NCBI GenBank assembly: GCA_022641095.1
Contig: JALCDB010000002.1
Coordinates: 62,792 to 126,791 of the forward strand
Direction: 5' to 3'
Source of the DNA: Bacilli bacterium
GTDB lineage: Bacteria; Bacillota_I; Bacilli_A; RFN20; CAG-826
DNA length: 64,000 bases
Shown here: positions 18,312-27,689 of the stretch, in pieces
Numbering within the stretch: the first letter of the stretch is position 1
Layout of the letters: the number at the start of each line of letters is the position of its first letter
Made by a program: the position numbers and the translations under genes
Notes under the pieces: model-generated
What the model saw: the letters and a program-made list of their open reading frames with translations, nothing else
Database searches by the model: none
Told to the model about the DNA's origin: nothing

Positions 18312-18626
18312 ATGTTATTTCTTGGAAGACCTTATACAGACGAAAACGGGGAAATCGATCAAGCCCTCATGGAGGAGATCAATGACCCGGCGACAATCGG
18401 TCGCGTCCGCGATTGGTGCCTCAAGCACAAGCACCACATTAAAACCATCAATTGGAAGACCTCATCCCTTGACATCATGAAGATGATCAACGAGCAACTC
18501 GGCACCAGCCTCACCCACAACCAGGTCAAGGACGCTTTGGTGGACATCGATGTCTACCCGGTGGATCCCGATTCCTACGAGTGGCATTACTGCCTCAGCG
18601 ATAAATGGCTCAAGAAAAGCTTCTAG
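18312..18626 (+). CDS. Hypothetical phage protein (104 aa)
   Basis: ORF with AGGAGG RBS. Confidence 0.35.
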   Translation: MLFLGRPYTDENGEIDQALMEEINDPATIGRVRDWCLKHKHHIKTINWKTSSLDIMKMINEQLGTSLTHNQVKDALVDIDVYPVDPDSYEWHYCLSDKWLKKSF

Positions 18627-18889
18627 AGCAAAAGCTCATTAAAGCGGTGAGGAAAGTGGGAGGGCTGGCACTCAAATTCGTCAGCCCAGGCTATGCCGGC
18701 ATGCCGGACCGATTGGTGCTTATTGCCTATGGCAAGATAGCGTTCGTTGAGGTCAAATCGCCCGGCAAGAAGCCCAGGAAGATCCAGGCTGCAAGACATA
18801 AGCAGCTGAGTGATCTCGGCTTCAATGTTTACGTCCTGGATCAAGAGGACCAGATAGGAGGGATCATCGATGCAATATCAGCCACATGA
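18605..18889 (+). CDS. VRR-NUC domain nuclease
   Basis: GMPDRLVLIAYGKIAFVEVKSPGKKPRKIQAARHKQL is the VRR-NUC (PD-(D/E)xK) signature. Confidence 0.65.
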   Translation: MAQEKLLEQKLIKAVRKVGGLALKFVSPGYAGMPDRLVLIAYGKIAFVEVKSPGKKPRKIQAARHKQLSDLGFNVYVLDQEDQIGGIIDAISAT

Positions 18890-20249
18890 TTATCAAGCGT
18901 ATGCCACGCATTTCATTGAGGATAACCGCATATCCGCGATTCTCCTGGACATGGGACTTGGGAAGACGGTCATCACGCTTACCGCATTGAACGACCTTCT
19001 ATTTGATAGCTTCGAGATCCACAAGGCTTTGATCATAGCCCCGTTGAGGGTGGCGAGGGATACGTGGCCTAACGAGATCAAGAAATGGTCGCACCTGTCC
19101 GAATTGATCCCGTCTGTGGTGGTGGGGACCGAGAAAGAAAGGATCGCGGCTTTGAAGAGAAAGGCCGACATCTACATCATCAACAGGGAGAACGTCCCGT
19201 GGCTGATCGAGAAAAGCGGCACGCGATTCGACTACGATTTCATCGTCATTGACGAATTGTCCAGCTTCAAAAACCACAGGGCGAAGAGATTCCAGTCGCT
19301 TCTGAAAGCCAGGCCACTCGCATCCAGGATTGTCGGCTTGACCGGCACTCCGGCGGGAAACGGCCTCATGGACCTTTGGGCCGAATTCAGGATCCTTGAC
19401 TACGGAAAAAGGCTCGGCAGGTTCATCACCCATTACAGGAATACCTATTTCTATCCGGACAAAAGGAATGGGATGGTGATCTTCTCGTATAAGCCGCTGG
19501 CCGGTGCCGAGGAGGCGATCTTCGACCAGATCAGCGACATAACGATATCGATGAAGGCGGCCGATCATCTCGACATGCCGGATCTCATATCGACCGAGCA
19601 TAGGGTCTACCTTTCGAAGAAAGAATTCGACAAATACGAGTCATTCAGGAAATCCCTCGTCCTTGAACTAGAGGGGAAGGAGATCACCGCCCAGAACGCG
19701 GCTGTCCTGACGAATAAGCTATCGCAGGTCGCCAATGGTGCCATTTACGGCGATGGCGGGGAATCTGAAGTCATCCACTCCAAAAAGCTAGAGGCATTGG
19801 AGGATATCGTTGAATCAGCGAACGGGAAGCCGATCCTGGTGGCGTACTGGTTCAAGCACGATCTCGAAAGGATCAAGGAAAAACTCGATGAGATGGGCGT
19901 GATATACGATCAGATCGATTCCGAGGAAAGCATAAAGAAGTGGAACCGCAGGGAATTGCAGGTAGGGCTTATCCATCCGGCCAGTGCCGGGCATGGTCTC
20001 AATCTTCAAGAAGGCGGATCGACAATAGTGTGGTTCGGGCTCACTTGGAGCCTTGAGTTATACAAACAGACCAACGCCAGGTTATGGCGACAGGGTCAGG
20101 AATCCGACACGGTAGTGGTGATCCATATCATTGCCGACCAGACGGTGGATGAGATGATCCTTAAAGTCCTTAACGGCAAAGAAACGGTACAGAACGCCTT
20201 ATTCGAGGCGGTAAAAGCGGACATAGGAGGGAAAGATCATGGAAGCTAA
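18870..20249 (+). CDS. SNF2-family helicase (phage replication module)
   Basis: ILLDMGLGKT (motif I), FIVIDELSSF (motif II), LTGTPAGN (motif III), C-terminal helicase domain. Confidence 0.75.
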   Translation: MQYQPHDYQAYATHFIEDNRISAILLDMGLGKTVITLTALNDLLFDSFEIHKALIIAPLRVARDTWPNEIKKWSHLSELIPSVVVGTEKERIAALKRKADIYIINRENVPWLIEKSGTRFDYDFIVIDELSSFKNHRAKRFQSLLKARPLASRIVGLTGTPAGNGLMDLWAEFRILDYGKRLGRFITHYRNTYFYPDKRNGMVIFSYKPLAGAEEAIFDQISDITISMKAADHLDMPDLISTEHRVYLSKKEFDKYESFRKSLVLELEGKEITAQNAAVLTNKLSQVANGAIYGDGGESEVIHSKKLEALEDIVESANGKPILVAYWFKHDLERIKEKLDEMGVIYDQIDSEESIKKWNRRELQVGLIHPASAGHGLNLQEGGSTIVWFGLTWSLELYKQTNARLWRQGQESDTVVVIHIIADQTVDEMILKVLNGKETVQNALFEAVKADIGGKDHGS

Positions 20250-20661
20250 GGAATATCTTCAACAGTATTACTTCGCCAAGCTTAAGCTTGATTCTTTAAA
20301 GACCGAGCTTTTCTATCTCGAAACCCTAGCCGATGGCACCCAGGGCTGCAACTTCGATAAGCCGCGGGTGGACAAAACTCCAACCTTGGAAGCACCGTTC
20401 ATCAAATATCTGGACAGGATCGACAAGAAAAGAAAGCAGATCGATGGCCAGATCACAAAGCTTCTCGAGTTGGAGGAGGAGATAACCGAAGCGATCGCCA
20501 CGGTCGATGATCCGATGATCGAGGTAGTTCTCAGGGAACGATACATCAACTGCCTCTCCTGGGGCGACATAGGGAAGAAGCTCCATTACGCCGAAGCACA
20601 CCTCTACAGACTGCACCGAGAAGGCCTTAAGAAGATCCAAATTAAAGATGATAGCAAATGA
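20239..20661 (+). CDS. ArpU/DUF1492-like phage late transcriptional regulator (sigma region-4-like)
   Basis: LRERYINCLSWGDIGKKLHYAEAHLYRLHREGLKKI HTH at the C-terminus; 140 aa. Confidence 0.5.
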   Translation: MEAKEYLQQYYFAKLKLDSLKTELFYLETLADGTQGCNFDKPRVDKTPTLEAPFIKYLDRIDKKRKQIDGQITKLLELEEEITEAIATVDDPMIEVVLRERYINCLSWGDIGKKLHYAEAHLYRLHREGLKKIQIKDDSK

Positions 20662-20790
20662 GAGTTAAACATAGTTTAAGAGATTTGTAAAAAGGCGGTT
20701 CTTCTGTTAGTGTTAAAATAGGCGAAAGCCATATAGATACGAGTCCGCGGGAGCACCGTGGGCTTTTTCATTTCAATGCTGGAGGATCTT

Positions 20791-21279
20791 ATGCCAAAAC
20801 CAAGAGATACCTTCGAGAATTGGATAAAAAACAATCAATGGCCAAAGATCAGGAGTTTCTTGGTGGATTCGGTTAGATGCCGCATATCACAGAAAGAAAT
20901 ATGTGCACGCCTCGGAGTTACTCAATCTGTATTCTCGAAGCTGAAATCAAAACACCCTGAGATAAACGAAGCCATCGCGGAAGCGAAACTCAATTTAAAA
21001 CTCGACCTGGTCAACAAAGTCTACCAATTAGCCATGGGCTACGAAGACGTGGTGGAAGACCAGATCATCGAAGATAACGGCCAAGGTGCCACCAAAAAGA
21101 GAAAGATCCACAGGATCAAAAGGCAGGTGCCGCCGGATTTGAAGGCGATCCAATATCTTTTAATGCTGCAAGGCGGACGCGAATTCAGCCCACGCAAAGA
21201 AGAACTCGACCTTCAAGAAAAGAAAATAGACAGCAAGGAGGAATGGAACGATGAACCCGGACATGAAGATAGTGAATAA
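20791..21279 (+). CDS. HTH DNA-binding protein (terminase-small-subunit-like or regulator)
   Basis: ICARLGVTQSVFSKLK HTH. GGAGG RBS before the ATG at 20791; the track ORF starts at a GTG at 20758. Confidence 0.4.
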   Translation: MPKPRDTFENWIKNNQWPKIRSFLVDSVRCRISQKEICARLGVTQSVFSKLKSKHPEINEAIAEAKLNLKLDLVNKVYQLAMGYEDVVEDQIIEDNGQGATKKRKIHRIKRQVPPDLKAIQYLLMLQGGREFSPRKEELDLQEKKIDSKEEWNDEPGHEDSE

Positions 21280-22504
21280 ACCTATCGCCGAACTTAAGGA
21301 ATATGAGAACAACCCCAGAAAGAACGAGGCTGCCGTTGACGCGGTCGCCAACTCGATTAGGGAATTCGGCTTCAAGGTCCCGATCATTATTGATAAAGAA
21401 AACGTGATCGTCTGCGGACACACTCGTTTGCATGCGGCACGAAAACTGGGCTACGACTCCGTTCCTTGCATCATCGCCAGCGACTTGACCGATGAGCAGA
21501 TTAAAGCCTTCAGGCTTGCCGACAACAAAACCGCCGAATTGGCCGACTGGGATCTAGACAAACTCACCCAGGAACTCCAATTCATCGACAACATCGACAT
21601 GGAGCAGTTCGGCTTTGATGATCTGAAGATCCTAGAGGACGATATCAAAGATGACGACTTCGATGAGGATGAACTCATCTCTGAGAATCCATATTCGAAA
21701 CGCGGCGATATATTCGTCCTAAAGAACCACCGACTCATGTGCGGGGATAGCACCAAGCAGGAAGAAGTGGATCTTTTGATGAATAAGGAAAAGGCAAGAA
21801 TGGTCTTCACCGACCCGCCTTGGAATGTTAATTACGGTGCTGTCGAAAAGGATAATGCCCAGGGATATAAGCCTAGAGCGATCCTTAACGATTTCATGGG
21901 AACCGAGGATTTTAAGCAGTTCATGTTCAACGCATACAAGTGCATGAATTCCGTATCCGAGGACGGATGCATGACCTATGTCGTCATGTCCGCCCAGGAG
22001 TGGGGGAACTGCATGCTTACTTTGGCCCAGAATGACTATCACTGGTCAAGCACGATCATCTGGAACAAGGATCGCTTGGTCTTATCCAGGAAGGATTACC
22101 ATACAAAGTATGAGCCAATCTGGTACGGCTGGAAGGCCGGATCCAGGCTCTGTCCGTTAGACGATCGTCAGCAAAGCGATGTGTGGGACTTTGAAAGACC
22201 ACGCAAGTCGGATGAGCATCCAACGATGAAACCCGTTCCGTTAGTTGCGAGAGCGGTGGCTAACTCATCCAAGAAAGGCGATCTCATCCTTGACCTCTTT
22301 GGAGGATCCGGGACCACGCTTATCGCCGCCGATCAATGCGGCCGCAGGTGCAACATGATGGAACTCGATCCGAAGTACGTGGACGTCATCGTCAAGAGAT
22401 ACCTACGCCAGACAAAGGACTTCGAAGGGTGCTATCTCATCAGGGACGGCATCGAGATCCCTGTCGACACGATCGATGACTACAAGAACTGCATCGAGCA
22501 ATAA
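21251..22504 (+). CDS. ParB-like nuclease domain fused to a beta-class N6/N4 DNA methyltransferase
   Basis: N-terminal ParB box (VIVCGHTRLHAARKLG). MVFTDPPWNVNYG (motif IV) precedes LILDLFGGSGTTLIAA (motif I), the beta-class order. Confidence 0.75.
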   Translation: MNPDMKIVNKPIAELKEYENNPRKNEAAVDAVANSIREFGFKVPIIIDKENVIVCGHTRLHAARKLGYDSVPCIIASDLTDEQIKAFRLADNKTAELADWDLDKLTQELQFIDNIDMEQFGFDDLKILEDDIKDDDFDEDELISENPYSKRGDIFVLKNHRLMCGDSTKQEEVDLLMNKEKARMVFTDPPWNVNYGAVEKDNAQGYKPRAILNDFMGTEDFKQFMFNAYKCMNSVSEDGCMTYVVMSAQEWGNCMLTLAQNDYHWSSTIIWNKDRLVLSRKDYHTKYEPIWYGWKAGSRLCPLDDRQQSDVWDFERPRKSDEHPTMKPVPLVARAVANSSKKGDLILDLFGGSGTTLIAADQCGRRCNMMELDPKYVDVIVKRYLRQTKDFEGCYLIRDGIEIPVDTIDDYKNCIEQ

Positions 22505-22605
22505 CGACAATAAAAGCAAAAATCTCTCCTTACGCGTGCGAGGTCTAAACAACTTGCTATATCAAAGATATAGAGCGTTACTAGTGGTGTAAGGAGTTAC
22601 GCAAT

Positions 22606-23046
22606 ATGAAAAAACAACTTAACATTCGTGAGTGGTCCATCAACTTCATCATGGGGATCTACAATGATCCATCAAGGGACACTCAAATAAGAGCAGGCTG
22701 GTATGACTGGTTCTGCAAAGAAACGAGCCTCAGAAACAAAACCCGCAAGATGGGAAAGATCGTGGCGAAGATAAAAGGAGAAGGGAAGGTCGACATCGAC
22801 AAGAACTACGTATGGTTCAAAAACAACTGCCCTTTAAACGGACCTTTGTACGATGACTTCAGATTTGCGGACATGGAAGACGGCGAGGTTCAGTTCACCA
22901 TCCAAATCGACTGCTGCTGGAACGATCACAGATTCACGGTCTTCGGAAGGAAAGCCAAAGGCGGCGAATTCAGCGAGGATCCTTTATTCAAGTGCGACAC
23001 GGCAAAAGAGCTGGTCGCCTGGTTCAACGAACCTTGGGATAAATAA
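22606..23046 (+). CDS. Hypothetical phage protein (146 aa)
   Basis: ORF with RBS; no recognisable motif. Confidence 0.35.
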   Translation: MKKQLNIREWSINFIMGIYNDPSRDTQIRAGWYDWFCKETSLRNKTRKMGKIVAKIKGEGKVDIDKNYVWFKNNCPLNGPLYDDFRFADMEDGEVQFTIQIDCCWNDHRFTVFGRKAKGGEFSEDPLFKCDTAKELVAWFNEPWDK

Positions 23047-23087
23047 GCGGCGGTTATTAGATAGTCTTCTTAGAGAAGTCTATCAAT

Positions 23088-23118
23088 AAGGCATTCCGAA
23101 AGGGTGCCTTTTCTGTTT
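23088..23118 (+). terminator. Putative rho-independent terminator, preceded by a 25-bp inverted repeat at 23060-23084
   Basis: AAGGCA-ttccgaaaggg-TGCCTT followed by TTTCTGTTT. Confidence 0.35.
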
Positions 23119-23193
23119 ATATTCATTACTTTGTAATCAATATAAGTTTATCGGAAAAGAAAAAAATAAGGCTTTGCCTTAAAGGAGTCATTT

Positions 23194-23976
23194 ATGTTCG
23201 AAAAGGTTAACCCATCTCACCCAGACAAGATTGCCGACAGAATCGCAGGAGCGATCGTTGACCTCGCGTATCAAAAAGACATTAATCCCAGGATCGCGGT
23301 GGAAGTTTTAATTGGCCACGGCATTTGCCACGTCATTTGCGAAACCTCTGTCCATATCAAGAAGAAGGACGTCAAGGCGGCGGTCGACAGGATCACGGGT
23401 GGGATCGAGCTGGATTACTCCGAGTTCCCGCAGGATGTTCATCTATCCAACAACCAAGCCGGGAAGTTTAGATGCGGCGATAACGGGATCTTCAAAGGGG
23501 TGCCAGTCACCGAAGAACAGAGGAGATTGTCCGATCTGGCCCGTTCGATCTACAAGGAATACCCGTATGATGGGAAATATATCCTCGATGGCTATCGCTT
23601 GATCGTATGTCAAAGCAACGCAGCTAAATCAGAACTTGAATACAAGATCCCTGGAGCGGAGATTAATCCGATCGGGGACTGGACCGGAGGCACTGACGTG
23701 GATACCGGTGCAACGAACAGAAAGCTTGGATCTGATATGGCCGATTCCGTAACGGGAGGAGGTCTTCATGGGAAGGATCTCAGCAAAGCTGACGTGAGCG
23801 TGAACATCTACGCATTCCTCAAAGCACAAAAGACCGGAGAGCCGGTCATCTTATCATGTGCCATCGGCGATGAGTTCATTGACGGGAAGCCTTATGGCGA
23901 GATCGTCTGCATCGCCAGGGAATATATCAAATCGGTCGGAGGGTTCGAGAAGTTCGCAGAGTGGGGATTGGTCTGA
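23194..23976 (+). CDS. Truncated MetK-like protein (S-adenosylmethionine synthetase homolog, 260 aa)
   Basis: SHPDKIADRIAGAIVD matches MetK GHPDKI(A/C)DQISDA. GDNGIFKG and GGGLHGKDLSKADVS match the MetK GG(G)AFSGKDPSKVDRS loop. Confidence 0.5.
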   Translation: MFEKVNPSHPDKIADRIAGAIVDLAYQKDINPRIAVEVLIGHGICHVICETSVHIKKKDVKAAVDRITGGIELDYSEFPQDVHLSNNQAGKFRCGDNGIFKGVPVTEEQRRLSDLARSIYKEYPYDGKYILDGYRLIVCQSNAAKSELEYKIPGAEINPIGDWTGGTDVDTGATNRKLGSDMADSVTGGGLHGKDLSKADVSVNIYAFLKAQKTGEPVILSCAIGDEFIDGKPYGEIVCIAREYIKSVGGFEKFAEWGLV

Positions 23977-24269
23977 TGCTTAGCAAAAGCAAAGCCGTGA
24001 ACCGCTTTTATCGCAGCGAGGCTTGGAAACAGGCAAGGCTGCAGAAGATCGTGGCCGCAAACGGAAGATGCGAGAAGTGCGGTGGAGTCGGGGTTGACGT
24101 CCATCACATCATCCATATCACTCCGGAAAACGTCACGGATCCGGATATCACACTCAATCCTAAGAACCTGATCCTTCTGTGCAAGGATTGCCATAACGCC
24201 GAGCACGAGCGATTCAAAAAAGGAAACGCACCTAAGTTCGACAGCGAAGGGAATCTGATTCCTTATTAA
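23961..24269 (+). CDS. HNH endonuclease (packaging-associated)
   Basis: CEKCGG…HHIIHI…LILLCKDCHNAEH HNH motif, adjacent to the terminase genes. Confidence 0.75.
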   Translation: MGIGLMLSKSKAVNRFYRSEAWKQARLQKIVAANGRCEKCGGVGVDVHHIIHITPENVTDPDITLNPKNLILLCKDCHNAEHERFKKGNAPKFDSEGNLIPY

Positions 24270-24310
24270 TCCCCCCCGGGTCGGGATTGGCGATTCAATC
24301 GAAGGGTACC

Positions 24311-24349
24311 GTGGGCGGGACCTCAGAAAAACGCGGCCCACATTTTTTT
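24311..24349 (+). terminator. Possible weak terminator after the HNH gene
   Basis: GTGGGC…GCCCAC 6-bp stem followed by ATTTTTTT. Confidence 0.3.
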
Positions 24350-24395
24350 CAAAATCCAGGATTCGCAAAAAGGTCCTGTTTTCATCGGAGGTTTT

Positions 24396-24728
24396 ATGGA
24401 ACAAGTCAAAATAAACCAGGAATACGAGCGTTTGCATTCTTTATTTAAAGAAGTTGATGAAAACAAAGCGAAACTGATTGATGAGCTGCTCTGGAAAGCG
24501 GCTTTTTTGAAAGTCGAGCTGGACAACCTTGAGGCCACCGTGAAAAAGGGTGGTGCACTCCAGAAATCCAACAAGGGGAACATCCGATTGAACCCCACAT
24601 ACAAAACATTCCTCAACACGCTGACCGTCTACCAGGGGATCATCAAAACCCTCAACTCGGTGCTGGGGAAGAACGAGCTCGATGAGAATGACGAGTTCGA
24701 TGAATTCTTAAGAAACGCAAATCAGTAA
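24396..24728 (+). CDS. Terminase small subunit (P27-family-like)
   Basis: 110-aa helical protein placed between HNH and the large terminase. Pattern is typical of P27-family TerS (from memory). Confidence 0.5.
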   Translation: MEQVKINQEYERLHSLFKEVDENKAKLIDELLWKAAFLKVELDNLEATVKKGGALQKSNKGNIRLNPTYKTFLNTLTVYQGIIKTLNSVLGKNELDENDEFDEFLRNANQ

Positions 24729-24739
24729 GGAGGTCGCCT

Positions 24740-25876
24740 ATGTCCTATGAAATAAATCTAAAAGTTAACAAAAACGGCAAGCTTGAGCCGCCAAGCAAAG
24801 ACGAGGTCTTGACGATTTCGGTCTTCAAAGAAAGCAAGAGGGTGAAGCTCCTATTCACTGTCGATGAGGAGATTGACGATGAATATCATTATTTGAAATT
24901 CACCAACGCAAGAACCTCCTACCTATATAGAGTCCACAATAACGAATTCGAGATCCCTAAAGCGGTGACTGCATACGAGGGGGTCTGGGAATTGTCGTTC
25001 ATCTGCTGTGACGAACCGGCCAACTCCGATAATACGATCACGGCCGATTATATCTACGCTTCCGAGCTTTTGGCCTGCGTCATCAAACGCGGGAATCTCG
25101 GGATCGTATCCTCAACCGAGGAGCAGAGATTAATCAAGCAGATAGTGGAGGGGACCTTCGATTCTTTCACGATCCCTAACACCTGCTCGTACATCACGTC
25201 CTATTTCTTGAATAACTACACGCAGGAGTTCGGCCTTTATATCCCTGCCTCGGTTACCCTGATCAAAGATCACATCTGCTACAACTCAGGATGCACATCG
25301 ATCACATTCGAAGAGGGATCCAGCCTAACAACGCTGGAAGATTACGCCCTTTATCGAATCTTCAACGTCAGGTCTATCGTGTTCCCTAAGTCGCTATCCT
25401 CATGGGGCAAATATAACTGCGGCTACTGCGGATTCGAGGATATCTCGTTTGAAGCGAACTCAAACCTCCGCAGCCTTACGAGCTATGCCTTCTGGAACTG
25501 CACCGGCCTTAAGAGGCTCACCTTGCCGGATAAGTTGCTAAGCTTCACAGGCAACACGAACGTGATCAAGGACTGCTCGGCACTGGAGGAGATCTGGTTC
25601 CCTAACACGATAACCACAGCGATTCCGCAGAACGCGATCGCCGGGTGCGACTCGTTGACGAACATCCATCTCCAGACGAGTTTCAATATCTCCGCCAACT
25701 TCAGCAACTGCACCAACCTTTCAAGGGAGTCAATCGTTAACATTTTCAACTCATTGAAGGATCTAACTGCTGCGGGGCTCGCCTCGAAGGCACTAGTGCT
25801 TGGGTCCACCAACCTTGCGAAGGTCACGGAGGAAGAGCAAAACATCGCATTAAACAAAGGCTGGTCATTGGCCTAA
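24740..25876 (+). CDS. BspA-type leucine-rich repeat (LRR_5) protein
   Basis: Repeated C-x-x-L-x-x-I-x-(F/L)P..(L/V)..IG..AF motifs (ICYNSGCTSITFEEGSSLTTLEDYAL…FWNCTGLKRLTLPDKL). Confidence 0.6.
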   Translation: MSYEINLKVNKNGKLEPPSKDEVLTISVFKESKRVKLLFTVDEEIDDEYHYLKFTNARTSYLYRVHNNEFEIPKAVTAYEGVWELSFICCDEPANSDNTITADYIYASELLACVIKRGNLGIVSSTEEQRLIKQIVEGTFDSFTIPNTCSYITSYFLNNYTQEFGLYIPASVTLIKDHICYNSGCTSITFEEGSSLTTLEDYALYRIFNVRSIVFPKSLSSWGKYNCGYCGFEDISFEANSNLRSLTSYAFWNCTGLKRLTLPDKLLSFTGNTNVIKDCSALEEIWFPNTITTAIPQNAIAGCDSLTNIHLQTSFNISANFSNCTNLSRESIVNIFNSLKDLTAAGLASKALVLGSTNLAKVTEEEQNIALNKGWSLA

Positions 25877-26040
25877 GGAGGTTATATGGAAATCAAAGAA
25901 GAAAATGGACGTAAAGTCCTATATGCAAGCGAAGGATACGTCCTTCAAAGTGTCACAGATGGTCTTATCATTGGGCCATATCTCATCCTCGGTGCTAATG
26001 ACTCAGCTAAGCATTACCACGAGATCGAGAAGCCCGAAGA

Positions 26041-27681
26041 ATGAGCTATCTCCTCGAATATATAGATGAGATCGAATCTGGCCGCATCGTGGTAGGCCGC
26101 GAGCTGAAGACGGTTCTCGAATCTTTAAAAAGCGATCTATCCAATCCGGATTACGTCTATGACGAAAGACCCGGTCAGCTTAGGATTGATTTCATCGAGA
26201 AATTCTGCAGGCACACAAAATCCCCGTTCAATGGGATGCCGTTCAAGCTTGAACTATGGGAAAAAGCCTTCTTAGAGGCCTCCTATGGCTTCAAAATGGC
26301 TGGGACGGGATTTCGTAGGTTCAACGAAGTTTTGCTTCTCATAGCCCGCAAAAACGGGAAGACAACATTTGTCGCAGCGATCGATCTAGCCGAGTTCTTC
26401 CTGAGCAGCGGTGGGGTCGATATCATCTGTGCCTCAAACACCAACGAGCAGGCTTCGATCCTGTTCGAGGAAATCAACAACATGAGGGAACAAAGCAAAG
26501 CCCTCAGAAACGAGAAAAGATCCAGGAAAAATATCTTCTGCATCTACTCGCCTAAGAACAAGAACAAGATCAAGAAGCTCTCCGCTCAATCAAGAAACAA
26601 AGACGGCTACAACATCGAAGTGGGCTGCATTGACGAGGCCCATGAGATGACCGATGACGTGGTTTATAACGCGATCAAGCAAAGCCAGTCAACAAAGCAG
26701 GAGCCGCTGATCTTCATCATTACCACAGAGGGAACTACCGTTGATGGATTCCTGGACTCGAAGCTCGAGTACTGCAGGAAGATGATCAAAGGGGAAATCA
26801 CCGACATCCACATTCTGCCTTGGCTTTACACCCAGGACAGCGTTGATGAGGTCTTCGAGGATCCATCGACATGGACGAAAAGCAACCCTTCCTTAGGTAA
26901 CATCAAACTCGTCTCATACCTTGATGACGTGATGAACAAGGCGAGAAACGATCTATCGACCAGGGTCACGATGCTGTGCAAGGATTTTAATATCAAACAG
27001 CTCGACAGCGGATCCTGGCTCACTTATCAGGACCTCAACAATGAGGAAAAATACAACCTAGATGACTTGAAGGACAGTTACGCGATCGGCGGTGTTGACC
27101 TATCATCGACCACCGACCTAACCGCAGCGGTCCTTTTGATTATAAAAAACGGCAAGAAATATGTGATCCCGCATTTCTTCATGCCCTCAGAAGTTTTGGC
27201 TCAAAGGGCCAGCGAGGACGGAGTCCCGTACCAGCTCTGGGTCAAAAAGGGATTAATAACACTGACCGATGGGAATCAGAACGATTTCTCGCTGGTCACA
27301 AACTGGTTCTTGGAAAACGTTCGGAAGCACCAGATCAGGCCTCTCTGGATCGGATATGATCCGTGGCAATCCCAGTATTGGGTCAAAGAGATGGAAGATC
27401 AGGGCTTCACGATGGAAAAGGTAAGACAGGGCGTTTATACGCTTAGCGAGCCGATGAAGCAGCTGGAGGCGGATCTCAAAAACAAACTCATTATCTATAA
27501 CAACGATCCGATCCTCAAATGGTGCCTATCCAATACGCAGGCGAAAATAGACGTCAACGGCAACATCCAGCCATCCAAGCTCAATTCAAAGCTGAGAAGG
27601 ATAGACGGGACCGTGGCGTTGATCATCGCCTATGCCGTCCTGAACAGATTCAAGAACGACTATGAAAACATGATTCGATAG
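26041..27681 (+). CDS. Terminase large subunit
   Basis: Walker A LLIARKNGKTTFVA, Walker B VGCIDEAHEM, and a C-terminal nuclease region. Confidence 0.85.
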   Translation: MSYLLEYIDEIESGRIVVGRELKTVLESLKSDLSNPDYVYDERPGQLRIDFIEKFCRHTKSPFNGMPFKLELWEKAFLEASYGFKMAGTGFRRFNEVLLLIARKNGKTTFVAAIDLAEFFLSSGGVDIICASNTNEQASILFEEINNMREQSKALRNEKRSRKNIFCIYSPKNKNKIKKLSAQSRNKDGYNIEVGCIDEAHEMTDDVVYNAIKQSQSTKQEPLIFIITTEGTTVDGFLDSKLEYCRKMIKGEITDIHILPWLYTQDSVDEVFEDPSTWTKSNPSLGNIKLVSYLDDVMNKARNDLSTRVTMLCKDFNIKQLDSGSWLTYQDLNNEEKYNLDDLKDSYAIGGVDLSSTTDLTAAVLLIIKNGKKYVIPHFFMPSEVLAQRASEDGVPYQLWVKKGLITLTDGNQNDFSLVTNWFLENVRKHQIRPLWIGYDPWQSQYWVKEMEDQGFTMEKVRQGVYTLSEPMKQLEADLKNKLIIYNNDPILKWCLSNTQAKIDVNGNIQPSKLNSKLRRIDGTVALIIAYAVLNRFKNDYENMIR

Positions 27682-27689
27682 GAGGTTCT

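Noticed and set aside
18172-18312. Near-palindrome GACATGGTCTGTC in the primase downstream intergenic region
   Set aside because: It is imperfect, with a central mismatch (GACAT vs GACAG), is short, and has no repeated copies elsewhere in the window.
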